The position numbers and the translations under genes are program-made. A stretch of DNA of 64,000 bases from Seison nebaliae (Eukaryota). Shown here one piece after another: positions 13,128 to 28,800 of the stretch (positions within the stretch are counted from its first letter, which is position 1; every line of letters begins with the position of its first letter). Where the stretch lies: positions 1 to 64,000 of the forward strand of contig JALJEE010002041.1 of the NCBI GenBank assembly GCA_023231475.1, written 5' to 3'. The notes under the pieces were generated by a model. The model did no database searches, was not told where the DNA came from, and saw only the letters and a program-made list of their open reading frames with translations.

Positions 13128-13615
13128 TCCAAATAACTTATATGAACGAAGAAATTAGTTTTCGTTAAATTGATGAGCTTTTTGAGTTTGGTGGTTTAAT
13201 AAAATTAAATAAAATTTCAGTTGAATGATAACGAACGTTATTAATATTAATAAATAAAAGAGAATGCGCCCCCATTCAATTATTCGGAGAGCATCATATG
13301 TATAACTGTAAAGTAGAAAAATATATATTTATAGTAGAAATTATATTATTATATTATTAGGTTTTAAAATATGTTTCAACAAATAAACTTTCAACTTCAA
13401 CAAATTATTGATAAGGACCAAAGACATTTGTAAAATTTTCGTCTTATCGCCAGAAGTGTTTATAGTACAAGCGAGAAGCATTCAATTGTCATCGAGTAAA
13501 CTTTCGACTATGAAACATTTGCAACTCAGGACTAGAAACTTCTCACCAGTGTTTATTATAGGAACAAGAAAAAATTTTATTTTTCCTTGAAACACATTGT
13601 GATTTTAGTTAACTA

Positions 13616-16183
13616 TTAAGGACATAAATTCAAGTTATCGGTGATAAAGTTTGTTTGTGTATCATCTTGATAGAAATGAAGTTTCAAATGATAATTTGCA
13701 AATGAGTCAGGAGAAGAATCCAAATTACCAGAGGCACTTGGTTCGAATTGAGAGGGGAATTGTGATGTAGAAATGAGAGGTTGTGAAGGGACATGATAGC
13801 TACATACGTCAGTTGCATCATATTGGGTATCATCTTTCAATTTAGATACTGAAGATTTCTTTTTATCCAAATGTCTTTCATATTCATCTGGCCACTTATA
13901 AAGAACCAATGGCCAACGACCGATTTTGGCATTGGCATAAATTTTATTAAGTTCATACTTGTTCATCTTATTGGAAGGGAATTCAATTGATGGTATAGAG
14001 GAGAATGAAGTAGATTGGAATCCTCTATCAGAAACATTTAGTGATACGGATAACTTAGATAGAATGACGCTCAACGTATTATCAAATGTATCATTAGGTT
14101 TAGGTAATTCATAACTTCTTTGCAACATTCTAATTTGTTTCTCCAAATTCGAAACGATATTTTGTTGATATAATGCCAACTCTTTCTCCAAATGATTATT
14201 TACTGGAAAATCAGTCGAATTGAAGATACTCCATTTCATATCTAGTTTATGAAAATAATTACAAAAAGTGAAGGAAAAAGTTTGAAATTTGTCAACCTTT
14301 AAAATATGGATGTTTCTTTATTTCCTTTTGAGTAGACGATTGACCGGTCAGTATATTCTTTAGGAATCTTAATTCATTCATCTCGCAATGGATATTGGTA
14401 TTTGGTAGGATGATATTATTATCATAACCGTTTGATAACAATTTCCTTAACAATTGTTGTTGACTATGATTACATAAAGATAAGAGAAAGGTTTGTTCGC
14501 TGAAGAGAAATGTTGGTTTCTCTAAATAAAGTAATTCAAAGAATACGCATCCAAATTGCCACCACGTAAATCGTTTCCTTTCTTCAAGCAACTCTCTCTT
14601 TTGTTCTGTTGATGTCTTTAAACAATATTTCTCTTTACTTCTCTTCACATGAGCATTCTTATTGAAATGTTTCCATTTCAAATAATATAATTTTTCAAAA
14701 TTGACTGACAATCCCAGTCTCTTGTCCCATTGTCGAACGGGATCTTTTTCGTCCATATCACAAGTCTTAACGGATTGAATATAATTCGCAATGTTTATCA
14801 TCAACAATCGATCTTGTTTGTTCAACTGTAAATCTTCTGGTCCTTCAGTCAAATGAAATTTCATAATCGACTCATCATTTATCATTAGATGATGATGAGA
14901 AGTATCCGTCAACAATATTCTACCATTGACATTTATTAAGATATTTGATGTGCTAATGTTAATTTGTATTTCATAATTATCAGAATATAGGATATTTATC
15001 AAGTATTGAATTCCCAAAAAGATTTGGGCAGTTAAAAACTTCACATCTTCAGTAGCCAATTGTCCGCAATTGCAGTAGTCCAAAGCGTTAAATTGTTCTT
15101 TTGATCTTTTTCTGGCAATACGCTCACAAAATGGAGTTGTTTTACATCGATCTAAATATTTCTTTATGGATAATAATTCTGTTATTTGATTATCTCTCAT
15201 TACTTCCTTCAATCGTTTCGGTAATCGACTTCGACGATATTGAAGAAACTTTTCCAAATCCTGACAAAAGATGGCAGGTGATGTTGTCATGGAATAAGTT
15301 AAATCTAAAAAGAAAATGTTCATAGAAAAATTTTAAATTCTTTTTTAAATATACAACTTTCATATGAACGATTTGTGACATATGCATGATCAATGATTTG
15401 TTGGACAAACTGAACACCTCGATATTTGAAACGTTTGCGGTCGATGAACATTTTCATATGTAATCGTTGAATTGCTGATATGGTGCGTGAATAAATATCA
15501 GCCATACAACATTTAAGTTGTGCAGTTGAAACAAGAGTGGATGAATGACGATTAATTCGTAAAAGAACCATTTTCCCATTAAACTTGGTCGATTGACAAA
15601 TGTAATTTGTCGAATGTTCATCAGCTGTCAAAAGATAAATAGGCACCACTTTCAACGCTTTCGCTATTTTCGATGTGTTTCCCTCATAATTTTTCTCGAT
15701 TTGTTGTAATTGATATTTCGTTTCGAACTTTCTCATTTGCATCAATCGAGTATAAATATCGATATTTGCTACTTTCTCTTTACTCTCTAAACAATCGAAT
15801 TGTGACTTAATAGGGACTTGGTCTTTCTTTTTTTTACATAACCGTTTTTCTTCTTGCAATCCTTTAAGTAATGTTTTGATATGATTAAATTTCGATTTTT
15901 CAAATTGTTGACGAGCACATTCAATAATTCGATCGTGGTACGTTGAATAACGATAACTAATATTACCACAATTTCTATACATGTTCTTTAAACTTTCCTT
16001 CGATTTATGAACTGGCGGTCCACCCATCGATCTTCGAAAACGTGTTCTATTACCCTGAGTAAAATGGACATAAATATATTTTCGTTCACTGATCTGGAAG
16101 GAGGAATATGCAGAATCTTGATAGCCTTTCTTAATCGAAAATAATATCCGATGTTGTTTTAATAGAGTTTCTACTTTCATCAT
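13616..16183 (-). CDS. Highly divergent AGC-like pseudokinase, 3 exons
   Basis: Three ORFs joined in frame by two GTT-AG introns. Kinase remnants: [51 protein letters not shown]. No HRD, DFG or Gly-rich loop. Confidence 0.65.
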
Positions 16184-17255
16184 ATTCTTAAGGGTGGAAA
16201 CTAGGACAAAGGAAGATTATGATACTCTGAACTTAATTTTAAACCATTTGGAAAATAATGTTTTTCTGTCAATGGTGAACGGAATTTGGAAGAATCGAGA
16301 TGGTTATTATTAATATTCGTCATATCATTTACAAACTAAATATCGAATAATTATAAAGAAAAATTATTAAATTGTCGAAATAGAATTGTATTCGTTGAAC
16401 TAAATTTGGAAATGAAATGGAAAACGGAAATTTTAATTTTCTTGATTAGAGAAACTTGATTAATGATATCCACTTTAACTGATCATGAGAATTAAGAGTA
16501 GAATTGAATGAAAATAATTTATATAAGTTTATTTATTATCGAGAAATATTACATGAGAAAGAAAAGAAATGGAGTAAATAGAAGAATATCATATGAATGA
16601 CAACGACTGATGATCAAAAATTAAACAATCGCACGAAAGACAATTCTAGTAATAGACTAATAAATGATTTGCTGATGTTATCATCAAATTAAGAATTGGG
16701 AATCAAATATTAATTCTGTACTATTAGAAATGTGTTTGTGGATTGTTGTCAAATGTAAATCCAATCGATGACAATTAAATGATGATGAAATAACTAAAAG
16801 GATAATACATATTCTCAAACCGTCCATGAAATAATAGTTATTAATGTATATTTTGTTACTGTTATATTGTGGTAATAGAACGTCTAACAGTTTTGTAATG
16901 AAATTCAATTTCTTCAATGAAGAAATCTTAATCATTAATATTCAATCGATAATGACGATGATGATGATATTGATGATGATGAAAGAAAAGATAATAATAA
17001 AAAGAATAATGATGTGTACACCGGTCGAATTTCGTACAGTTGCATTAAAAGGTTAGAGTTTCTTTAAAAATCAATTTCGAATATTTTTAAATTGACGAAA
17101 TTCAATCCAAAACTATATTTTTCTTATCAATAATTTTCGACATGTTACATGCAATCTCAATATTGGTAAGCCAGTTCGTTTTTTATTCGTTGAGGTTTCT
17201 CAATTCGAATCGGTTCAGTTTTACCTAAAATTTATTAGTGATCACTATAATAAAT

Positions 17256-19676
<2,421 letters not shown>

Positions 19677-22600
19677 TTACGAATTGCACGTAAGAAACAG
19701 AATAAAGTGTAAAACTTAAAAAGCTTTAGTCTTTTTTTATTCTTCTAAATTAATGAAAATAAATAAAGATTAATCATTCTTTGAAGTCTTAATACATCAA
19801 TTATCTATTCCATCGCAACGATTATATGTCTCAATTAATCAATATATATGATAGATATTCAATCATTTGAAGACGAGACTTATTTCTTCAGGAAATAATA
19901 AAAGAATATTTAATTATAATCAATAAGAGAATAACTAACTGTATTCAATTGAGTACTTAATAAAACGATTAAAAAACTCCCACCAAGTTTTTAGTTGAAT
20001 GTCTATGACAATGTCTACGGAAAATAATATCAAATATTTATCTTATTTATTTCCTTCACTTGAATTTAACTCAATATCTCAAATTAGAACTCTAATTCTA
20101 ATCAATAATATTTACAAATATCACTCGTTTATGTAGCATAACATCAATAATCTATCGAAGTTCATTTGAATAAAGATAATTCATCTACGCAAAAGAAGAA
20201 CAACATATTTCAATAAACAACGAATGCATAGATGCTATTTCATAGTAACATATTAATTATTATCTTGATTCTCATATATCTCATCAAAGAAGAAAAAAGA
20301 CTTAATCATTAAAGAAATTTTTTTCCCATTATTCTCGAACACAGCATATTAAATTCATTGAATTTCAATAGATTCCTCCCCGCTTATGATTTCCTTTGAA
20401 TATTCCTTCTTCACCATTTATTAATTAGTCGTTAGAAGACATTTATTCTACAATTCCCAATAAGTTATCCATCGAATAAACAATGAAAATAAGAAGAGTA
20501 TTTGTGAAATGGACGAACCGAATGAAGAAGAATAAAATGTTCAATGAATATATTACGCAAAAATTAAATGAAGGGAACGTTCAATTTGAACATACTATCA
20601 CATACGGAAATATACACAATTCTTTTGTGTGAGACGATAGATAGATAGACAAATAAGAAAATGGACATTTCATTCAAAAGAATTTTTGGATTTACGACAG
20701 TTTTACATCACATTCATTAACAAATATAAGAATTAATTGATTAACTTAAATTTTAATTAGATTAATTATCCTAAAAGTTGTAAAAAAATATTGTTCTTGT
20801 AACATACCATGGAATACGCAACAATCATTCTATGCAAATTTGGATAAATCGAAGTAAAATTGTCCATTGTAGAAAAAAGTAAAATTTTTACTAATATTCG
20901 AATAAATTCTATTAAAATACAACCAATCTCTTGTACAACTTTTATTTTTTTTGAAATTAATTACATAAGTTTTATTGTTCCAATGAACATAAATAACTTG
21001 AAATATACGTAAATGTAAATGGTGGAAAGGAGGAAGTTTCTTTACGAAATATTTCGGTTTTGTTTTCGTAAGGGAGAACTAAACAACGGCTTATGCAGTA
21101 GAAATGACTGGTGGCGAGGAAGAAAGTGCATCTGAACATTTTCAGTTTTGAGGTATTTTAATATGAAACTAATCTTTTATCTGAAAGCAATATGGAGAAT
21201 GATAAATAAATCAGATATTAAATAGGAATGCATAAACCAAGAATAAATGCATAAATAACTGGAGAAAGCGGAGGGGAATTTCTCGTGAATAAAATTAGAC
21301 GCCCAAACAAATACGGAAAATGGACGACGTACGTATAGTAATCTCCTAATTGTAAATCCTTCATTATTATTAATTTTTAGTTCCTTTCTAATCTATTCTC
21401 TGCATATACACATATGAACCTCTTATCATTAAACTTCGTATATTGACCTAATGAAATGATAATGAATTGAACGGGCGAGGAGCCAACATCGAACTACGAA
21501 ACTTTGCTTCTTCTCTTAATCATTTCCTCTTCTACTCCACCACCATACACATACGTACACGTCAAGGTAGACGGACAGAATTATTGTGTCAGTCCAGTTA
21601 ATATAATAATTCATTCTACACTAATATTATTCATTCATCCAATTATTCTTCCATTCAATTCTCCTTCCCATATTGGTGTCTAGAAATTTTCATTCCATTC
21701 AATGTGCAACATACATATATAATTTTGGAACGGTATGTTGTTCGATAGACATATTTCCGTCTCAAAATTATTTCTTTATTAATAAAAATAAAATATATGT
21801 GAGTAAGTTGAGAAAAGTAGCACCCAATGTTTATCATTACTACGATATTCATTCAGTCGCTTAACTCCACGCGTCCAATTTATAACATTGAAATATTTCC
21901 TTTACACACAAGATGAAATGTAAAAGAAGTAATATTCAACTACTTTCCCATTTTGTCTTATACATGCCAATGTATACACATGACTTCTTATCTTTCGACA
22001 CACATACACACATATATACACACACACACATAAATAGTTATGTTAAGTGTTCATACTCATGTATGATTGTTACTACGTAAGAGTTTATATACACAATTTC
22101 ATTCATTCATTGCCCCCACATAAACATCCTACATGTATTTACGTATGTGCTTACGTATGAAATTCGCTCCATATACCAATGACTACGAGAGATTGTTAAA
22201 TAAAACAGTTCAACTACTTATATCGATATACATATGCGGATATTATAAGAGAAATCTCCTTCATTCATCTACTTCTTATTATTTCTTATACGAATGGAAA
22301 TGAATAAATCATGTCACAATAATAACCGCCCTTATTCTTGAACGCCTATCATAAGGTCCATTAAATGGGCCTTGCCTAAACTAAAAGTTTTCAAGAATAT
22401 TTCATTCTTTTAACATTTCCTCCTTCTCATTCCCAACAAATCTATTATATTTTTCGGAGAAATTTTTTCCTCCTCAACAAAGAACTTATTTCTTGGAAAC
22501 TTATTTGATTGAATAATATTAGTTTAATTCATCTAAAACTAAGTTACTCCTCTAATATTCATATTATGAAAGGTATTGTGGTACTATTGTGTTTGGACGA

Positions 22601-23870
22601 TTAAAATACTAAAACAGGTTATAGTAGACGAATTGTTGTAAGACTAACAGAAAAAGGGACAACGTCAATAATTATTAATACAAAAAGAAACTTGCATCAA
22701 AATACAATCGCAAAAAACGTTAACTAGCGAAATACTTGAAAAAAATTATAAATATTTCTCTTAAAATAAATATAGACTTATCTAGAATTAAAGTTAACAA
22801 AAAAAATTCGCTAGTAATACTATGATTTTCTAGTTATGTCCTTCCTTCGTCTTTTCTCCTTCAAACGATGCCAGGTTTGTTTAAAGAAGAGAATTTTCTT
22901 TCTGATATATCTTTTTAGTTCGTTTAGAATAATTTATTGGAACAGAACTGCATTAAACAAGTGTTACTTCTGTGTGAATAAAATTAAAATTCCGTCGTCA
23001 TAAACGCAGAATGAAAAAAAATGATTTTTTTATTTGAGAAATTAATTTTTCAAATTATTCAACAAACTTTCCGGGTGAACAATTGGAATAATAAAAAAAA
23101 TCGATTCATATACAACATCGATTGTAACATAATTCGTTACAATTGGAAAAAATACAATATAGCTCGAATATTTTATGGTATTTCTGAATGAAACTTTTAG
23201 TTCATCGTTAATTTTTTCGTGAGCGAAGGAAGTTGGGGGAGAAAAAGAATGAATTGGAATCGTCTTGAATCAAAATTGAATGAACGTATGATTAGTCCAA
23301 GATGCACGACGACTTTATTTCAGAACAAATCAAACGTAATTGAATAAAACAAAGAAAATAAATTGTTATGGTCAGATGAGACATATTCAATGGAATAGAC
23401 GGAAAAAAGGAAATGTGATAGGAGTATACCTCAGTTTCTGCTTCAAAAATAAGAAACAGATAAAAAAATAATTTTCATTCAGGAAACTGAAATTATTCCT
23501 AAATTTATTAATATGTTTATGAAATTATAGTAAGATGTGGAGAGCAATAGAAAAGGAACAACATAGTCCAAATCAGAATTAATTAATATTTCCGCGAACA
23601 AATATTACATACAAATGTGTATGTTGTACAAAATTGTTGTTATAATTTTACGAGTCTCATATAATGTTAGTAAAAATAATACTTCTCTTTTATTTTCATT
23701 CATCTTTACTATAAACGATCCACAAGTTTTTATGAAACTAAAATAAAAACAGGAGAATTTAAATTTTAAGCTGTATGATTTTGGTAATTTGAAATTTTGT
23801 TTCTTTAAGGAAAATTCAAGCAAGCATTTTTTTCTAAATTTAAATTTCCATATCGTCGATTGTTTGGAGA

Positions 23871-24767
23871 ATGGATGAGCTTAAATGTCTCGAGAATTAT
23901 GTTTGTGATAATAATCTTCGTTTAATAACATACCATTGTATCGATACGGTGCTCGAGACGAATGAATTGAGAGATTTAGAAGAGAAAGAGAAAATCTTGA
24001 AAGATTTTCTGAATCATTGGAATGAAAATGAGAAACATGAACGATTCTATCCAGTGTATCGATTATATGGGAAAGTTGATGGAACAGATAATTTGATTTC
24101 ATTATTTTGTACTGAACAAACGTTGCCGGAGAATCATGAGTGCCACATGAGAATTATTGGAAATAAATTATTTGGCGTCGGTGCAAATGAGAAATGTCAT
24201 ATCAGTTGGGAAGAAATGGTGAAATTTATGGAAATTCAACAACCTGATCAACATAATTCGTCGACAAACGGAAATGTTGAAGAAGAACAATTAATCATCA
24301 ATTCGGATGATAAGAAAAAAATGGATGAAAATCCTTCAACCGTTTCCGATGATAAAATTGAGAACAGGGGAAAATTGATGAAGATCAATTCAATGGAAGA
24401 AGAAAAGAAGAAGATGAATAAGAATGAAATGAAGAAGCAAAATTCAAAAGATGAACAAATCACTAAAATGTTTCAAAAGAAAGAGAAGAATCTTCGAAAT
24501 AAACGTTCAGTTCATGAAGAGAATGGAGAAGAGGAGAAGCAGAAAGAGAATATTTTTGATAAGAATCCATCAAAAAAACGAAAAAATCTTCCTGTCAAAA
24601 CAGAAAGATTCACCGATGATAACGGCTTTGATGTGATCCGCACTACTAAAAATGTGACAAACAGTGAAAAGAAGAAAGGAAAATCATCAACAATGAAAAC
24701 TGAAAACAGTTCCAAGAGACCTCAACAAGCAAATATATCAATTATGCAATTTATTAAAAAGAAATGA
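23871..24767 (+). CDS. POLD3: DNA polymerase delta subunit 3 (p66/Cdc27)
   Basis: N-terminal LITY motif, charged disordered middle, ERFTDDNGFDV (F.DEEG motif), and a C-terminal PCNA-binding PIP-like box NISIMQFIKKK. Confidence 0.75.
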   Translation: MDELKCLENYVCDNNLRLITYHCIDTVLETNELRDLEEKEKILKDFLNHWNENEKHERFYPVYRLYGKVDGTDNLISLFCTEQTLPENHECHMRIIGNKLFGVGANEKCHISWEEMVKFMEIQQPDQHNSSTNGNVEEEQLIINSDDKKKMDENPSTVSDDKIENRGKLMKINSMEEEKKKMNKNEMKKQNSKDEQITKMFQKKEKNLRNKRSVHEENGEEEKQKENIFDKNPSKKRKNLPVKTERFTDDNGFDVIRTTKNVTNSEKKKGKSSTMKTENSSKRPQQANISIMQFIKKK

Positions 24768-25263
24768 AATTCTTCTATTTTCTCTATATATTTATCTTAT
24801 CCCAAATATCATTCTACTCATCTATTTTTTTCTCGGTCAATTGACAGTTATCAGTTTTTTATTATTCCAAATCTATTTTTATTTTTGTAATTTAAAATTT
24901 GAAATCTCATCTCATATTTTCCATTTGGTAGATTCCATTCCGTTTTCTAATTTCCTCTTCATTAGTTTTCAAAAAATGTTTTCCAAGAAAATTGTATGAA
25001 AGAAAATTTGAAGAAAAACAAAGTTAGTAAAAGATTTTTATAAAAAATTTCTAATTTGATGATAATATGATGATAAAGTTATTAGATGATTTTATTGATT
25101 TCTTATCATATCATGTAAAAGCAGAATTAATCATGTTAAGATGTTTCTAAAAGTTTATGATTATTTATCTAATCTTCTCTCTGAATTTATCTTCAAATAC
25201 TTTATCAAATATTTTTCATTTCCTATTTTCATTCTTTATTATCGTTTATCATTCGTCTAGAAA

Positions 25264-26018
25264 ATGATGGGAAATATTCAATATTTATTCTATTCAATTA
25301 TTCTATTAATTCCAATTATTTATTCATCCACTGATGGAAATGATAAAGAGAAGAAGAAGAACTATGAAATCGAATTAATCGGCAATGGATTCCATCGGTT
25401 TCTCTTTAATATTCTTAATGAAAAATTGTTAATTTATTCTCAGATCTCTCAATTTAATAAGAGAGAAGGGACAATCAATTTCAAATTGTTCGATAAGTTA
25501 TCGATTGAACTTCATTCGATTATTTGTCGATCGATACGAATTGGAAAGAGAAGATTATGAAGTTAATTATGAGGATGAAAAGAATTTAAAAAAATGTTTT
25601 AGATAATCGAACCGGAATTGTCCCATGAATTGTTTGATGTCGAGAAAAATTATTTCAGTTCAACTGAAAATAAATTTATTCGATTAACAATTCGATTGAA
25701 CTCGGAGAAAAGGAATCAAGTCAAATTACCCCTCCATTCAAGATATCCGTCTTTCTTCAATCGATTCTCTTCCTACATTTTCCCATTTTCATTGAACAGT
25801 GTCGAATTGAAGATGAACGTTAATAAAGATTTCTTTATTTTTCCTTCTTATTCTTCTGCTTTTAAAAGATGGGAAAAGACTTTGAATGGCTCCTCCCAAT
25901 CGGATCATTCACAACAAGTGACAAGGGCAATTTTTTAGAATTTAATTTGATAATGTTCTTTGTTTTCACGTCATATCTCTTCGGCGCCTATAAATTATTA
26001 AAGGAAATAAATCTTTAG
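25264..26018 (+). CDS. PIGX: GPI mannosyltransferase I subunit PIG-X/PBN1, 4 exons
   Basis: Signal peptide, GNGFHRSL, LFVDRYEL, FDVEK, LPLHSRY, WLLPIG, then a C-terminal TM. Three GTT-AG introns restore the frame. Confidence 0.75.
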
Positions 26019-26150
26019 CTTTTCATCGACCTAATGAAATGACTTAAAATTATTTCAAATGTCCTCCTACTTGGTCGAATTATTTCAACGTAGAATTCGT
26101 TATCTGGAGTTCACGAGAAATTGATAGTGGAAAATTTTGAATTTTGCAGA

Positions 26151-26552
26151 ATGTTGAACGTATTCTATTTCTTCATTTTTTGTCTTCTTTGTCTTCTGTT
26201 GAAAATGCCATTGGATTTGAGAGATTTAATAAGAAATGAATATCAATCCTTATATGAAAGTGACATGAGAATGAAAACGAATAACTCGCAACTACTTCTA
26301 AATATTATGGAACAATTAGATGAATTGAATGTGAAACATACGGCATCAGTGAAGAAGGAATTGAACGATATCTTCTACGACGTACTACTCAATCAACAAT
26401 GGAACATTATTTACCGATTTTATTTATTCTGTATCCAATTCCTTCCAAAACTCTATCACTATTCCACTCTTTGTCTTCCAAGAATTTCTTTTATTGCTTT
26501 CAGATTTTATCTTTTGCTTTGTAGTTTTATTGCGTGGCAATTAGTTCATTGA
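26151..26552 (+). CDS. Small unknown protein with hydrophobic ends
   Basis: ATG immediately after TTTTGCAG, open for about 133 codons between PIG-X and NMNAT. No family recognised. Confidence 0.4.
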   Translation: MLNVFYFFIFCLLCLLLKMPLDLRDLIRNEYQSLYESDMRMKTNNSQLLLNIMEQLDELNVKHTASVKKELNDIFYDVLLNQQWNIIYRFYLFCIQFLPKLYHYSTLCLPRISFIAFRFYLLLCSFIAWQLVH

Positions 26553-26652
26553 AATAATTTTGTTTTTTTTTTTTGCAACAATTCTTTTATTAAATCATTT
26601 ACATCATAAAATATTTCAATTTTTTTTTCTTGAAGACATTTTATTCATCGAA

Positions 26653-27330
26653 ATGAAAAATCTTCATGTGGTTATTGGTTGTGGATCATTCAATCCGATA
26701 ACATATAAACATTTACGATTATTTGAATTGGCCAGAGATGAATTGTTGGAACGATGGAAGAATGAGAGGAAGTCAATAGAATCATTCAATATTCATGGAA
26801 TTATTTCTACTGTTCATGATAATTATAAAAAAAAGAATTTGATTTCATCATTTCATCGAAATAAAATCATCGAATTATCTCTCAACGATAAAATGTCGAA
26901 GAAGAATTGGATAAAATTGAATAAATGGGAATCGGAAGAATGTAACGATTGGACGAGAACGTTAAAGGTTCTTGATCATTTTCATGATTCTTATGAGAAA
27001 AAAGCGCAAATTTTTTTATTGTGCGGTTCCGATGTGTTGGAATCGATGTCGGATGGTATTGTTTGGTCAAAAGATGATCTTACGGAAATTTTCGATAAAT
27101 ATCTTTTGATTTGTATCAAAAGAAAAGGATCGAAATGTTTAAGTGAATTATTGAAAGAAAATGATTTTCTTAAACGATTTTCTGAAAGAATCATTGAAAT
27201 AGAAGAATGGGTCCACAATGATATGAGTTCAACGATCGTTCGAAATGCAATAAAGGAAAATCGGACTATTCGATATTTGATTCCTGATGAAGCGATCGAT
27301 TATATTTATTCCAATAATTTATACAAATAA
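26653..27330 (+). CDS. NMNAT: Nicotinamide mononucleotide adenylyltransferase
   Basis: GCGSFNPITYKHLRLFELARD, WES...WTRTLKVLDH, LLCGSDVLES, NDMSSTIVR, IRYLIPD...YI..NNLY. Confidence 0.93.
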   Translation: MKNLHVVIGCGSFNPITYKHLRLFELARDELLERWKNERKSIESFNIHGIISTVHDNYKKKNLISSFHRNKIIELSLNDKMSKKNWIKLNKWESEECNDWTRTLKVLDHFHDSYEKKAQIFLLCGSDVLESMSDGIVWSKDDLTEIFDKYLLICIKRKGSKCLSELLKENDFLKRFSERIIEIEEWVHNDMSSTIVRNAIKENRTIRYLIPDEAIDYIYSNNLYK

Positions 27331-27530
27331 CTTTCTTTTTTTCTAAATTTTTCTACTTTGTCTTTTCTCGTCATTTTTTAAATTTCCAATTTTTAATTTT
27401 TTTAGTCATTCTCAAAATATTCGTATTTTATTCAATCGTAATTCTTCTGGTGCATGTCATTTTATTCGTTCAACTTTATATTTCTTTGATTGTAGAATTT
27501 CTTTTCTAATTTTATAAGAAACAATTAAGA

Positions 27531-28502
27531 ATGTTCCGTTTTAACAAAGCGGCAATTCCTTTAGTTAGTAATTTTAGTGTTGAATAGGAACAATTCAATT
27601 TGATGATTTTAGATGAGAAATATTATTTCTCCGTTATCCAAGACTTACTCAGGACAATTACTACATTCATCATCAAAAATTCGTCCATTGCTGAGAAATG
27701 ATCTTTTTTCAAAAATGACAAAAGAACCGAAAATGAATATTCATACGAAATTGAAAGATATGAATTTTGCAGGAAGACGAGCTAAACGTTCCGTATTAGA
27801 AGGAGAGATAGTTTCAGAATCAGCTGCTAAACCGAAACGTATAAGTTCTTTACCAATTTCCATCGGACGGGGAGCCACAGCAGCTGCTGCTGGATTTGGA
27901 TTATTGGCATTAGCTTATTATGGTTTGGGAATGAGTTCGGAAGCTGGAGCATTTGATCGATCAAAGTATTTCCTAATTTCATTTCCAATTGTTCATTTAA
28001 TTTATTTAACAGTTTATGGCCTTCATATGTTCGAGAACGAATTCGAGCAACTTATGCATATTTTGGATCATCATTAGGATTTACTGCAATTGCTGCTATG
28101 GCGATAGCTCGAAATCCAACCGCTTTAGCATTCGTTAGTCGTAATGGATTAATGGTTTGTTTCCGTTATCTAGTTTTAATTTCACTTACCGTTTTTTAAA
28201 GGCTATGATAGGATCGATCGCTTTGATTATGGGTACTGGTGCAATAACTCGTTCATTACCATATGAAGGTGCTGGATTTAATGGGAAGACGTTGTCTTGG
28301 ATGGTACATGCATCAGTATTAGGAGCATTAATCGCTCCTATGACTATGTTGGGAGGTCAATTATTATTGAGGGCTGCTTGGTATACAGCAGGAATTGTTG
28401 GTAGTTTATCTTTAGTTGCTGCCACTGCACCAAGTGAAAAATTTTTGAATATGGGTGGTCCATTAGCCATCGGATTAGGATTGGTATTTGTTTCCAGTCT
28501 TG
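27531..28502 (+). CDS. GHITM: Growth hormone-inducible transmembrane protein (TMBIM5); 3' end missing
   Basis: GLLALAYYGLG, WPSYVRERIRATYAYFG, RAAWYTAGIVGSLSLVAATAPSEKFLNMGGPLAIGLG. A fourth GTT donor sits at 28503, but no downstream exon was found. Confidence 0.88.
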
Positions 28503-28800
28503 GTTAGTTATTTAGGAATATCTTTAGAATTAATTGTTACTGCTGTGATTATGATCCGTGAGTCCAAAGTGAAAAAACTCGAGTCCTCTATACATCATGG
28601 AAAAAAAAAATCCAGACATGATAAGAGTCCTATACATACAAAGTAAGTAATAATAAACTTTATGATAAAGTTTATTAAACTCCTTTATACTACTACTTAT
28701 AAAGTCTTTATCATATCATTATTAATTACATTATTAATCTTTACTAAATTTCAACTAACAATGTCTTAATTAAGACGTCTAAATATTAATAAGTTTAAAA

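Noticed and set aside
21885..21940. miR-1-like sequence TGAAATGTAAAAGAAGTA in a weak hairpin
   Set aside because: The seed differs from miR-1 (GGAATGT) and pairing is poor. This is expected by chance in AT-rich DNA.
19700..23800. Short ORFs, a CA-rich microsatellite (about 21998-22030) and a small hairpin (22353-22373) upstream of S6K
   Set aside because: No coding signal. Most likely regulatory or 5' intron sequence between divergent S6K and POLD3, and the hairpin does not match the histone stem-loop.
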